The notes beneath the pieces were generated by a model. That model worked only from the letters and a program-made list of their open reading frames with translations. It made no database searches and had not been told where the DNA came from. 64,000 nucleotides of DNA from the NCBI GenBank assembly GCA_965552135.1, contig CBEVQY010000011.1, positions 864-64,863 on the forward strand. Direction: 5' to 3'. Below, piece by piece: positions 49,201 through 58,065 of this stretch. How positions within the stretch are numbered: position 1 is the first letter of the stretch; the number at the start of each line of letters is the position of its first letter. The stretch comes from an uncultured bacterium. Lineage in GTDB: Bacteria > UBP14 > UBA6098 > B30-G16. Both the position numbers and the translations under genes were made by a program.

Positions 49201-52200
49201 ACCACGCGTTCTGCGTGGAGGGCGAGCTTGTGAGCTGGTTCTCGCCGTTTACGTACACCGCTCCGCCCGTCCTCGACGGCTCCATAGACGAGGCTGAGTG
49301 GACCGACGCCATGAGCTACGCCTACAGCGTCGACGGCAGAGATTTCAAGCTCTACTTCAAGCACGACAACGGTCACCTCTACATAGCCGTTGAGTGTGTC
49401 AGCGACGAGACCCTCTCGCCCGACGATATGCTTATGGTGAGCGTCGACGACGACAACAACGATCGCTGGCCTTCCACGGGTCCGAGCAGCGAGGGCGAGT
49501 ACCGCATAAAGGCGCTTTCTTACGGCGTTGAGGTGACGTTCCAGGGCATTTGGGGCACGTTCCCCGACGATATCGTCCGCGACGTTCGCGGTCCTGCGGA
49601 GGGTCTTTGGGGCGCTGCATCAGATGCCGACGGATACGTCGTCTACGAGCTTGCGATTCCTATAGGTGATGGCGCCGCCGGCATCAACATCGATGAGCTT
49701 GGCAGGTGGGTTGGTTTGCGCGTTGCGGTTTACGACGTCGACAGCTACAGCTGGATACTTCTTCTGCCCGCGGCAAGCGATCCCGAAGATCCTTCTTCGT
49801 TCGGCGAGCTTTACCTCGAAAGCGGTGCGGCGCCTGGTGTCCTCTGCATAGAGCCCGTTGAGCTTTCGATAACCCTTCGCCAGGGCGAGTCCAGATCACT
49901 TGTGCTCAACGTTTGCAACTGCGACGCGGGATACCTGAACTACACGATTCACGAGGCTTGCGCTCCCAGCGGCGGGCTTATGAGGACGGCTTCGATGAAC
50001 ATCGTCGCCTACATTGACGACGCATCACTCGTCCCGCAGGCGCTCTCTGCCCTCGGATACACCGCAGCCATCTACACCGACCCGATGGAGTTCTATAACG
50101 CCGTTTCGTCCGGGTCGTGGGACCTTGTGATAGTCTCCGCCCTCGACGTGTCTGAGCCCGCCGTTTGGAACGCTGCCCTGGGCGCATACCTTGACGGCAG
50201 CAAGCTCCTTATCCAAACCCCTGACCTCGACGCCACCTCCGACCTGGGCGTTGTGGATATGCTGGGGCTGGGTTTGGGCGAGGACCTCGGCGACCGCGGC
50301 TGCGCCCTCACATGGGACCTGCCCGCTCACCCCTTCTTCCACATACCGATGGAGGTGCCACCCTCGGTGGAGTGCATCGAGGGCGACTACGAGGACTACG
50401 GCGACAACCTGATACCCGGCGACTATACTGTCCTCGCTTCCTTCGACCTCTATCCTTATCCGAACAACGCTGCCATCGTCTTCGATCCCGAGGCTGGCGT
50501 CGTCGTGAACTCCTTCGTCCTCTCGCCCCTCAACGACAGCGACGAGGACGGGATAATAGACGGTGTTGAGCTTTTGGTGAACGAGATCTCGGGGCTTCTC
50601 CCCTGCGAGGACGTACCTTGGCTTACGGTGAATCCTGCAGGTGGGCTCCTTTCGGCTCACGACTGCGACGAAGTCGGCGTTGTCTTCGACGCCACGGACC
50701 TCACGCCAGGACACTACTACGCATACCTCATGATCCATACCAACGATCCGACCTCCCCGATGGTTGCCGTTCCGTGCCATCTGGAGGTTGTTGAGCCCGA
50801 ACCGAGGGAGCTTGTCCTAAGCTTCCCCGACAGCGTCGTTATGGGCTGCGCTGGGGATGAGGTTGTCGTTCCGGTGTATGTTGGCAGCCTCGAGGCGATG
50901 GGGATAACGACCCTGGGCATGACTGTAAGCTGCGATCCCGCGGTGGCTCAGCCCGTGGACGTCGAGGCGATGATGGGCGAACTCACATCCATCGATGCGG
51001 GTCCGGGAACGATAACCTTCGAGATATCGTCCGAGTATCCTCTCCCCGGCGGCGGTCCTCTGGCGCTTGTGCACTTCCTCATAAACGACGTGGGCGTTGG
51101 GGTGACGACGACCCTCGGCATAAGCGGGGTCACATACAACCCCGACGCATACGTCACAGATGTCTACACCTATCCCGGCGAGCTTATGGTCACAAGCTGC
51201 GAGAGGCACTGGCGGGTCACCCTCGAGTTCCAGGTTTACGGCGAGCGTGCGGATGAGATCACCATAGGCGTTGAGCCCGGCGCCACCGACGCCTTCGACG
51301 AGGAGTGGGACGAGGAGAACGTTCCGCCCGCGGAGGGTTGGTTCGACGTCTGGAGCGATATCTCCGGCTTCGACAGCGAGCATCCGCACCTTTCGGTGGA
51401 CATAAGGGATGCCGACGCCACGGAGATACACTGGTACATCGAGACGGGCGATTCGGCTGGGAAGGTCGAGTGGAGCTTCGACGACGAGGTTGATCTTTCA
51501 AGGATGGGCAGCCTGTTCCTCTACTGCGGCGATGACGTCGTCGATATGAAGCTTGCCACCTTCTACTTCTACGGCGCTGGTCAGGATATCGAGATCGTTT
51601 ACCGCATCACCGGCGAGCAGCCGTTCACGTTCCACTTCGACGCCGGCTACACGATGTTCTCGCTGCCCCTCATGCTCGACGACTACAGCGTAAACGACCT
51701 CTTCCCCGGCAATCTCGGCTGCTGGTACTACGATAACTCCCTCAACACGTGGGTTCCCGCCGATGTCCTGCAGGTTGGCGTTGGCTACATAATCCTCTTC
51801 ACCTCGCCTGCGGAGTTCACCGTTTGGGGCACGCCCGTTGAGAGCCTGGTTCTGAACCTCTCCGCCGGCTGGAACCTGATAGGCATGGTTGCAAGCCCCG
51901 TCGACTTCTCCGACCCCGACGACGATCCCGACGGCTCGATCCTGGGCTCGCCGCAGCACGCATATTACTACGATCAGGCTGCCGGAACCTACTTGCTCAC
52001 CGACGAGCTTTTGCCGGGGGTTGGGTATTTCGTTGCTGCGCTTAACCCGTGTGTCCTCTACCTGCCGGGCTCGGGCGGTATGGGCAAGGCTTCGCCTGAG
52101 GTGAAGCCCCAGTGGACGGGCAGGGCGGTTGTCGGCGACCGCGTCCTCGAGTTTGGCGTTGGCGCCTGGGACGTGGCTCCCATACCGCCTGTGCTTCCCG

Positions 52201-52694
52201 GCGGCGAGGTGCCCAAGGCGTACTTCGCCGAAGACGGTTGGGTCCTTTCGCGGTGCATAAACCCCGACGCCAGCTGGAATCTGGTATTGGCTGAGGATGC
52301 CACGGTTCGCTTCGACGTTCCGGAGGGGGTTCAGCTCGTCGTCGACGGTGAGGCTGTGTCGGGCGAGGTTGCGCTTTCGGCCGGTGAGCACAAGCTTTAT
52401 GCCCGCGCCCTGCCTGTGGAGTTTGCGCTTGAGCGAAACGTCCCCAACCCCTTCAACGCCGCAACCGAGTTCCGCTTCGCCCTTCCGGAGGATGCAGAGG
52501 TTCGCATAGATATCTTCGACCTTGCGGGGAATCACGTTCGCACGCTCGTTCGCGGCAAGCTTGAGGCGGGGTATCACTCGGTCGTTTGGGATGGCACCGC
52601 CGACGACGGCTCCGAGGCTGGCTCTGGAGTATATCTGTGCCGCATGAAGGCGGGAGGATTTTCCGCGACCAGGAAGGTCGTTTTGGCGAGGTAG
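46260..52694 (+). CDS. Giant secreted multidomain protein (2144 aa): QG-x-PH N-module, six He_PIG/cadherin-like repeats, Fn3, CBM9-like, cohesin-like domains, T9SS type-A CTD
   Basis: An AAAGGAGG SD precedes the ATG. The signal peptide is ...ALWG|QGVPHTLSGTI. Repeats of the form 'D.DGD..SF.Y.WYVNG' occur six times. A cohesin-like segment reads 'VVPVYVGSLEAMGITTLGMTVSCDP'. The C-terminus is 'VPNPFNAATEFRFALPEDAEVRIDIFD...GVYLCRMKAGGFSATRKVVLAR'. Confidence 0.8.
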   Translation: MRRCGIFVFAALLVSALWGQGVPHTLSGTIQLQEGMYPEAGCLYITVSVGGDVYYIPGDGTYDSENGRWVLVVSDAIPGTEVVVQAIDSCWYEDGTINGMVSDSFTTDLGLLVLSEIEGIRPYLYDVSVSPTTGYVEDVFRFEVTYESDPWNRAPSFVHLYIDGSYFTSASPVDPGDSEYRDGADYFVEFSGSLIGRGEHTFFFYTEDEAGFPAWSETLSFVVANHPPVLTSAWLEVSPEPPTESSTITCVVGTATDSEGDAISFLYEWYVNGSLVGVDTNSIDGDYFDKHDEVWCVVTPYDGRDYGDPVETEHVIIENTPPGPPSIAIDPPSPFDFEDVTALVVVDAPDIDGDAVSYSYQWLLDGAPVATGSVLDNSLTTTGQSWTLVVTPNDGEADGESAELEFTVGGPVLSDGYVSPPSGHPGTTVFTYYVTYSNSRNYPPGYVLVDIDGTTYNMYPADTSDDNYIDGAVYMYQTTLSLGSHQFRFSAVDDHGDVAVGMEDYISGPEMTNTPPVIDEVSIEPSSPTVLDVITASVVSWHDDDGDEVTFTYSWYVNGTEVPGAVSATLTSDYFSKGDEVWCVITPHDPYDDGEPVETDHVFVVNAAPYAEGVSIDVEPAGEATELSTLVAVVSGAGDPDDDPLSFSYTWYVNGTPLALPGETNSIDGTYFDRGNDVFVQVAISDGDTEIVLTSATVTIGNALPVVEDFGIEPEEPYTDDELRVRLDYYDPDGDSVEVQYLWYRNGEFYGEDPTVSPEVTSHFDVWVLEVRLLDGFVEGEYVSLFDTVEIQNSLPEVGDFVDTITVGGASYVGHLEASDLDGDPLSFAVVDGPSGIHVAADGAVLWNVPEVDTLTAFDVTIRVSDGYDYTDVSFVLWVYPLWDPIFAPTDLVASGGHVGVIPLSWNPPAAFSELPYMPISFVGYEVWRATNPDPEVGDWTMLAETFVPSYADVDVEPYEVYYYYVVAVYDLGIGAPSNTDHAFCVEGELVSWFSPFTYTAPPVLDGSIDEAEWTDAMSYAYSVDGRDFKLYFKHDNGHLYIAVECVSDETLSPDDMLMVSVDDDNNDRWPSTGPSSEGEYRIKALSYGVEVTFQGIWGTFPDDIVRDVRGPAEGLWGAASDADGYVVYELAIPIGDGAAGINIDELGRWVGLRVAVYDVDSYSWILLLPAASDPEDPSSFGELYLESGAAPGVLCIEPVELSITLRQGESRSLVLNVCNCDAGYLNYTIHEACAPSGGLMRTASMNIVAYIDDASLVPQALSALGYTAAIYTDPMEFYNAVSSGSWDLVIVSALDVSEPAVWNAALGAYLDGSKLLIQTPDLDATSDLGVVDMLGLGLGEDLGDRGCALTWDLPAHPFFHIPMEVPPSVECIEGDYEDYGDNLIPGDYTVLASFDLYPYPNNAAIVFDPEAGVVVNSFVLSPLNDSDEDGIIDGVELLVNEISGLLPCEDVPWLTVNPAGGLLSAHDCDEVGVVFDATDLTPGHYYAYLMIHTNDPTSPMVAVPCHLEVVEPEPRELVLSFPDSVVMGCAGDEVVVPVYVGSLEAMGITTLGMTVSCDPAVAQPVDVEAMMGELTSIDAGPGTITFEISSEYPLPGGGPLALVHFLINDVGVGVTTTLGISGVTYNPDAYVTDVYTYPGELMVTSCERHWRVTLEFQVYGERADEITIGVEPGATDAFDEEWDEENVPPAEGWFDVWSDISGFDSEHPHLSVDIRDADATEIHWYIETGDSAGKVEWSFDDEVDLSRMGSLFLYCGDDVVDMKLATFYFYGAGQDIEIVYRITGEQPFTFHFDAGYTMFSLPLMLDDYSVNDLFPGNLGCWYYDNSLNTWVPADVLQVGVGYIILFTSPAEFTVWGTPVESLVLNLSAGWNLIGMVASPVDFSDPDDDPDGSILGSPQHAYYYDQAAGTYLLTDELLPGVGYFVAALNPCVLYLPGSGGMGKASPEVKPQWTGRAVVGDRVLEFGVGAWDVAPIPPVLPGGEVPKAYFAEDGWVLSRCINPDASWNLVLAEDATVRFDVPEGVQLVVDGEAVSGEVALSAGEHKLYARALPVEFALERNVPNPFNAATEFRFALPEDAEVRIDIFDLAGNHVRTLVRGKLEAGYHSVVWDGTADDGSEAGSGVYLCRMKAGGFSATRKVVLAR

Positions 52695-52870
52695 GCGTTT
52701 GGCTACAGGTGGCGGTGGAGCTTGAGTCTAAACGAGCCTTTGGGAAGCCTTCCTTTGCGGGTATGCGGCTTGCTTTTGTGGGTCGTATACCCGCAAAGTT
52801 TATATCGTGGCGCCTTCGTGGGCGGCGCGTGCAGTTTCGGTGGAGATAGGGAGCGTTCCAGGAGGTTAAG

Positions 52871-55800
52871 ATGAGGCGAGTTTGGTTTTTGGCGCTTTTT
52901 ATGGGGATTTTGTGTTTTGCTTTCGGTCAGGGTGAGCCGCACTCGATCGTCGGTCAGGCGGAGAACTCCGATCACACCCCCATTCCCGAAGGCTGCGGCA
53001 GGTTCGTGGCGTATCCGTATCCATCCGCCTCCGACACTGTGACGCAGGACTCCGACGGCTGCGGCTTTTCGGGAAGCGACTGGTGGGTTCAGATCGCCGA
53101 CTTCGAGCTTGAGGACGGCGATACGGTCGCCATAAGGCTCGAGAACTCGTGCAACGGCGAAACGCTCCTTGTGCTTGTGGAGGTTGATCTCTCCGTGCCC
53201 GTGCAGGACGTTGGATTGGTCACGCTTGTTCCCGGCGCGCCCGTGGTGACCGTCCTTTACCCGAACGGCGGGGAGAGCTTCGAGTTCGGCGACCCGATAG
53301 TTATCCGGTGGACTGCCTCGCCGGGGATAGCTGCGGTGAACGTTCTTTTCTCCTCCGACGGCGGCGCAGGCTGGGACACCGTCGCCCTGGGCGTCGATGC
53401 GTCGTCGGGGGAGTATTCCTGGACGGCTCCCTCCGTGGGGTCTGACGAGTGTCTGGTAAAGGTCGAGGACGCCTCCGATCCTGCGGTCTACGATGTGTCC
53501 GACGGCTTCTTCTCCATTGCGCCCGCGCCCTTTGTTGATCTTACGTCGCCTGCGGGCGGCGAGCACTACTACGTTGGCGACACGGTGACGATAAGCTGGA
53601 GCGGCGGGGGGATTTCGGGCGTCGACCTGTTCTTCTCCTCCGACGGCGGCGCGACGTGGGCTTTTGTGGACAGCGGTCTTCCACCGTCGGCATCTTACTA
53701 CTGGACCGCGCCCGATGTTGTCTCCGACAGCTGCATTATACGTGCCTGGGCAACGGACGACACAACCGTCGTCGACTACTCCGGCATCTTCTCCATCGAC
53801 ACCCTCCCCGCGGTCGACAGCATTCCGCCCGACCCCGTTGTTGACCTCGCCGCCGACTCCGTCACTTACACCGCCGTGCTCCTGTCGTGGACCCTCACCG
53901 GCGACGACGGAGTCGTGGGAACGCCTTCGTCGGTGGATCTGCGCTACAGCACGTCGTACATAACCGAGCTTGGTTGGCCTTACTGCACGCCGGTTTCCGG
54001 CTTGCCGCCCGTGGATACCGCCGGCACCCGCCAGAGCGTTTGGGTGGACGGGCTTTTGCCCGGTCAAACGTACTTTTTCGCGATGAAGGTCTGCGACGAG
54101 GTCCCCAACTGCAGCGACCTTTCGAACGTCGTCGAGGTGACGCTCCCAACTCCGCCCGATACGACGCCTCCTGGGGCTTTCGAGCTTTCTGTCTCCGAAG
54201 TTGGTTGCGATAGGGCAACAATAAGCTGGGTTGCCCCCGGCGACGACGGCGACGAGGGCACCGCCGACCACTACGAATTCAGATACGCCGACTTCGAGCT
54301 TACCGCCGAAAACTTCGACTCGGGCGAGGTTGTTTCGGACGTTCCCGAGCCGCAGCCTGCGGGCACGGAGCAGAGCATCGTCATCTTTGGACTTGCGGCA
54401 TCGACGCACTATTGGGTTGCGGCGTACGCCTACGACGAGGAGGGGAACCGCTCTCCGCTTGCTGTGGTTGACTTTACGACGGGCGTTTGCGCCGACACGA
54501 TCCCGCCGGCTGCCATAACGACCCTCACGTGCAGCGACTTCAAGCCCACGGGGATACAGCTTGAGTGGATGGCGCCGGGGGACGACTTCTTCTCCGGCAC
54601 AGCCGCGGCGTACGAGGTCAGGTACTCCACCGAGCCGTTCGACGAGGAGACCTGGGTTTACGCCGACTCATACGCCCTTGCAATGCTCCCGAGCCCCGCG
54701 GGTACGCTGGAGCACGCGTGGGTTGAGGGTCTTGAGCCGGCAACTACGTATTATTTCGCCGTGTTCGCCTTCGACGAGGCAGGCAACAGGTCCCATCCTG
54801 GGATCGTCGTCGACTGCGTTACGATGGGGGTCTCTTCGCCCGTCGCGGACGTGTACACAACCGAGGATGCCTCCGATATGTTCCTCGCCGACCTCGCCGA
54901 TGTCTTCGTTCCCGGCGGGCTTGACTACTCCATCGCAAGCGGCGAGGGCGTGACGGCTTACCTGCCCGATAGCGAAGGAACCGAGGTCTGGCTCTCGCTC
55001 GAACCCGATTACAACGGCGAAACCTTCGTCATCCTCTACGCGAGCCACCTTGGCTACATCGTTGCCGACACAGTGTTGGTCCACGTTGCGCCGGTGAACG
55101 ATGCGCCGCGGTTTACCTGCGGCGTTCCCGAGTCGGTCGCTGTGCCCGGCGTCGACTTCGACTTCGTCTTCACCGCGGAGGACGTCGACGGCGATTCGAT
55201 CTGGTTCGTGCTCGCCGAAGGCGCACCGGGGATGTCACTCGCCCCAACGGGCTCCCTCCACTGGATACCTCCCGCAACCGAGGGACACTACGACGTCACC
55301 GTCTTCGTCACCGATGGGGTGGACACCGCCTACCTCGGCTTCCCCGTGAGGGTGTACAAGCTTACCGACTCGATCTTCGCCCCGCGGAACCTCGTGGCGC
55401 ACTCGGGCTACCTGGGCGCGATACCCCTCACCTGGGACGTCCCCGAGGCGGTCATTCTGGGGTTCCCCGTCCACCTGGTCGGATACCAGGTGTATCGCAG
55501 CGCGTACCCCGACTCGGAGCCCGTCTTCATCGCCTCAAGCGACGTAAACGTCTACAACGACGCATCCGTCACGTGTGGGTATGTTGAGTACTATCGGGTG
55601 AAGGCGGTTTACGACGAGCCTTCGTTCGTAAGCGCGTACTCCAACACAGACGGCGGCGCCTGCGATTACACATCCGATCGCATATACTCCTCGTGGACGC
55701 TGGAGCCTGTGCTCGTCGACGGCTCCATCGACGACGAGGCGTGGAGCAGTGCCACCGTCTTCCAGCTCGAGGACGGCTACACCCTCGGGTTCGTCAACAC

Positions 55801-57814
55801 CGCAAGCTACCTTTATGGGTTTGTTGAGTTTACCTCGGCGCCCGAGGATAGCCTTGAGTTCTCCTTCTGGTTCGACGACGACAACTCGGGCTTCTGGGAC
55901 GGCATCCCCTCCGACGAGGGCAGGATATTCTTCCGCTTTGGCGACACGGTACGCGCGTACTTCCAGCCTGTGGCGAACGTTGGCGGCGTTGCCGCGAGGG
56001 GGACGCCGACCCCTATGAGCCAAGCCACGTCGGCTTGGGCGATTGTGGGAAGCCACGCTGTGCTTGAGTACGCAATCCCCCTCGGCGACGACCAGCACTT
56101 CGGGTGCCTGCCGGGGGACTCCTCTGGCGTGATGTTTGAGGCGGAAAGCCCGAGCGTGGGGGTTTTGTTCCGCTGGCTGCCCACCTCGGACGAGCTTGCG
56201 CCAGCGACCTACGGCAGGCTCATCCTTGGATCTCCGAGCGGCGTGCCGTCTATCATAGTGGCGCCGCTTGAGTTCGAGGTCGAGCTCGAGCAGGGAACGT
56301 GGACGCAGGTTACCACCTACGCCCAGAACATGGGCGAGGGAACGGGATTTATCGCCCTCTCCAGCGCGCCGGGGTGGATATCTGTAAGCCCCGAGGAGGA
56401 GTTCCTCTACCCGGGAGTTGCCACGCCCATAAACGTAGTGATCTCCGCCGACATGGAACCGGGCGACTACATCGGCTACGTCAATTTCTACACGACGGAC
56501 CCCGTTGAGCCGCTGCGGCAGGTTGAGGTTATCCTTCACGTCACGCCCGTTGAGCCCGAAAACCACCTGATCATCTCACTTCCTGAGGTCGTTTACGCCT
56601 CTGCCGACAGCGACGTCGTCGTTCCGGTCGAGGTGGGTGAGCTCTACGATAACCTCATCACCCGCGTTCGCTTCACCGTTTTGTGCGATCCCGATGTCGT
56701 TTTGCCCGTTGGTGCTTTTGCAGGGGGCGTTTTGCCGGGCGACTGGAGCGTGGATGTGACCTCGGCGGGCGAGGATCACATAACGGTCGACGTCCACGGC
56801 ATCGAGCCTTTGCCCGCGCCGGGAGAGATCGTGAAGCTTCGCTTCTCTGTCTCACCGAGCGCTTTCCGGGGCGCGGCATCTCCGCTTGAGTTCTCGGAGC
56901 CCGTGGTCAACGACGGCTTCCCGTATCCCACCACGCAGAACGGCTTGCTCGTCGTGGGCGAGGACGTCGTTCCGTACTGGTCGGCGATGGTGACGCTCGT
57001 TCTTCCCGGCGGCGTTCGCGCCGACTCCGCATCGTTCGGCGTGCACCCGCTCGGCACCGATGGATATGATCTTGCTATCGACCGCCTCGATCCGCCAGCG
57101 CTCCCCGACGGCGCCAATGTCTTCTTCCTCGCAAGCGATTACTACCACCTCCAGCGCGATATCCGCAGCGCCGAAGACACCGTCGTAACGTTCCCGCTTG
57201 TGACGGAGCAGGCGGGATACATCGAGTGGGACGTTAACCGCGTCTGGAGCGGCTGCTATGTGGGAGACACCCTCGATATGAAGACCGTATCGTCGGTGGC
57301 GGTGAGCGCCGGCGATACCGTTGTCATCTACTACCACCGCAGCGTGCCCTTCAGGTTCGTTGTGCACCTCCTCCGCGGCTGGAACATGGTTTCGATACCC
57401 ATTGCAGGCGATGCGTTCGAGCTCTCCGAAGTCTTCCCCGACGCCATACCACCCGCATATTACTACGACCCCGAGGCTGAAACGTACGTCCCCACGACGA
57501 CGCTTGAGCCGGGGAAGGGATACTGGGTTCTCATAAACGAGGACCACGACTACGAGCTTTCGGGCGAGCCACTGCTTCGGTACGAGCTTGAGCTTCCCCC
57601 CGGCTGGTACATGATCGGTGCGCCCGCCGAGGCGGTCTATTGGTCGGAGCAGAGCATAGAACCGCCCGACGCATTCCTCGAGGGAACCCTTTTCGGACAC
57701 ATAACCTCGCCGCCGTCGTACTATGTGGCGGATGTCCTCGTTCCCGGAGAGGCGTTCTGGGTGCTTTTGCTGCGAAGCTGCACCGTAAGCGTTTCGGCGA
57801 TATACTCACACTAA
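52871..57814 (+). CDS. Giant secreted multidomain protein (1647 aa): QG-x-PH N-module, Asp-box (SxDGGxTW) repeats, 3x Fn3, He_PIG, CBM9-like, cohesin-like; no recognizable T9SS CTD
   Basis: A CAGGAGG SD precedes the ATG. The signal peptide is ...CFAFG|QGEPHSIVGQA. It has 2 repeats with 'FSSDGGAGW/FSSDGGATW'. Fn3 modules read 'TPPGAFELSVSEV...'. A cohesin-like segment reads 'VVVPVEVGELYDNLITRVRFTVLCDP'. It ends '...SAIYSH' without a PNPFN or basic tail. Confidence 0.75.
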   Translation: MRRVWFLALFMGILCFAFGQGEPHSIVGQAENSDHTPIPEGCGRFVAYPYPSASDTVTQDSDGCGFSGSDWWVQIADFELEDGDTVAIRLENSCNGETLLVLVEVDLSVPVQDVGLVTLVPGAPVVTVLYPNGGESFEFGDPIVIRWTASPGIAAVNVLFSSDGGAGWDTVALGVDASSGEYSWTAPSVGSDECLVKVEDASDPAVYDVSDGFFSIAPAPFVDLTSPAGGEHYYVGDTVTISWSGGGISGVDLFFSSDGGATWAFVDSGLPPSASYYWTAPDVVSDSCIIRAWATDDTTVVDYSGIFSIDTLPAVDSIPPDPVVDLAADSVTYTAVLLSWTLTGDDGVVGTPSSVDLRYSTSYITELGWPYCTPVSGLPPVDTAGTRQSVWVDGLLPGQTYFFAMKVCDEVPNCSDLSNVVEVTLPTPPDTTPPGAFELSVSEVGCDRATISWVAPGDDGDEGTADHYEFRYADFELTAENFDSGEVVSDVPEPQPAGTEQSIVIFGLAASTHYWVAAYAYDEEGNRSPLAVVDFTTGVCADTIPPAAITTLTCSDFKPTGIQLEWMAPGDDFFSGTAAAYEVRYSTEPFDEETWVYADSYALAMLPSPAGTLEHAWVEGLEPATTYYFAVFAFDEAGNRSHPGIVVDCVTMGVSSPVADVYTTEDASDMFLADLADVFVPGGLDYSIASGEGVTAYLPDSEGTEVWLSLEPDYNGETFVILYASHLGYIVADTVLVHVAPVNDAPRFTCGVPESVAVPGVDFDFVFTAEDVDGDSIWFVLAEGAPGMSLAPTGSLHWIPPATEGHYDVTVFVTDGVDTAYLGFPVRVYKLTDSIFAPRNLVAHSGYLGAIPLTWDVPEAVILGFPVHLVGYQVYRSAYPDSEPVFIASSDVNVYNDASVTCGYVEYYRVKAVYDEPSFVSAYSNTDGGACDYTSDRIYSSWTLEPVLVDGSIDDEAWSSATVFQLEDGYTLGFVNTASYLYGFVEFTSAPEDSLEFSFWFDDDNSGFWDGIPSDEGRIFFRFGDTVRAYFQPVANVGGVAARGTPTPMSQATSAWAIVGSHAVLEYAIPLGDDQHFGCLPGDSSGVMFEAESPSVGVLFRWLPTSDELAPATYGRLILGSPSGVPSIIVAPLEFEVELEQGTWTQVTTYAQNMGEGTGFIALSSAPGWISVSPEEEFLYPGVATPINVVISADMEPGDYIGYVNFYTTDPVEPLRQVEVILHVTPVEPENHLIISLPEVVYASADSDVVVPVEVGELYDNLITRVRFTVLCDPDVVLPVGAFAGGVLPGDWSVDVTSAGEDHITVDVHGIEPLPAPGEIVKLRFSVSPSAFRGAASPLEFSEPVVNDGFPYPTTQNGLLVVGEDVVPYWSAMVTLVLPGGVRADSASFGVHPLGTDGYDLAIDRLDPPALPDGANVFFLASDYYHLQRDIRSAEDTVVTFPLVTEQAGYIEWDVNRVWSGCYVGDTLDMKTVSSVAVSAGDTVVIYYHRSVPFRFVVHLLRGWNMVSIPIAGDAFELSEVFPDAIPPAYYYDPEAETYVPTTTLEPGKGYWVLINEDHDYELSGEPLLRYELELPPGWYMIGAPAEAVYWSEQSIEPPDAFLEGTLFGHITSPPSYYVADVLVPGEAFWVLLLRSCTVSVSAIYSH

Positions 57815-57839
57815 GGCGCGCTACGGCACGAAAAGCCTC

Positions 57840-58010
57840 TGCTTTCTGGCGGAGGGTCCTTTTCATCCCCGTGGCGCCGCGGTCCTCTTCGTCTCCTCGG
57901 CACCCGCGGGTCCTCTTCATCTTCTTGGCGCCGGGCGTTCTCCTCACCTCCCCGGCGCCCTCCTAACGGGGACCCCTCGGCTCACTAACGGGGATCCCTC
58001 GGCCCGTCAG
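57840..58010. repeat. Intergenic degenerate direct repeats between convergent giant genes (3x GGTCCT[CT]TTC[AG]TC[TC] ; 2x 19-nt CTAACGGGGA[CT]CCCTCGGC each with internal GGGRYCCC palindrome)
   Basis: Direct reading shows the repeats. They are non-coding and lie between stop 57814 (+) and stop 58066 (-). Confidence 0.5.
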
Positions 58011-58065
58011 TTGCGCGGGCTTTTTGCCGGCGTCGGTTTGCCTCGCCGCCGAACGCGGAAAGCGG

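Noticed and set aside
50529-50575. Dockerin-like motif as evidence for a cellulosome
   Set aside because: Only one copy of the Ca-binding loop is present, whereas dockerins have two. No glycoside hydrolase catalytic domains were identified, so it is reported only as a possible docking motif.
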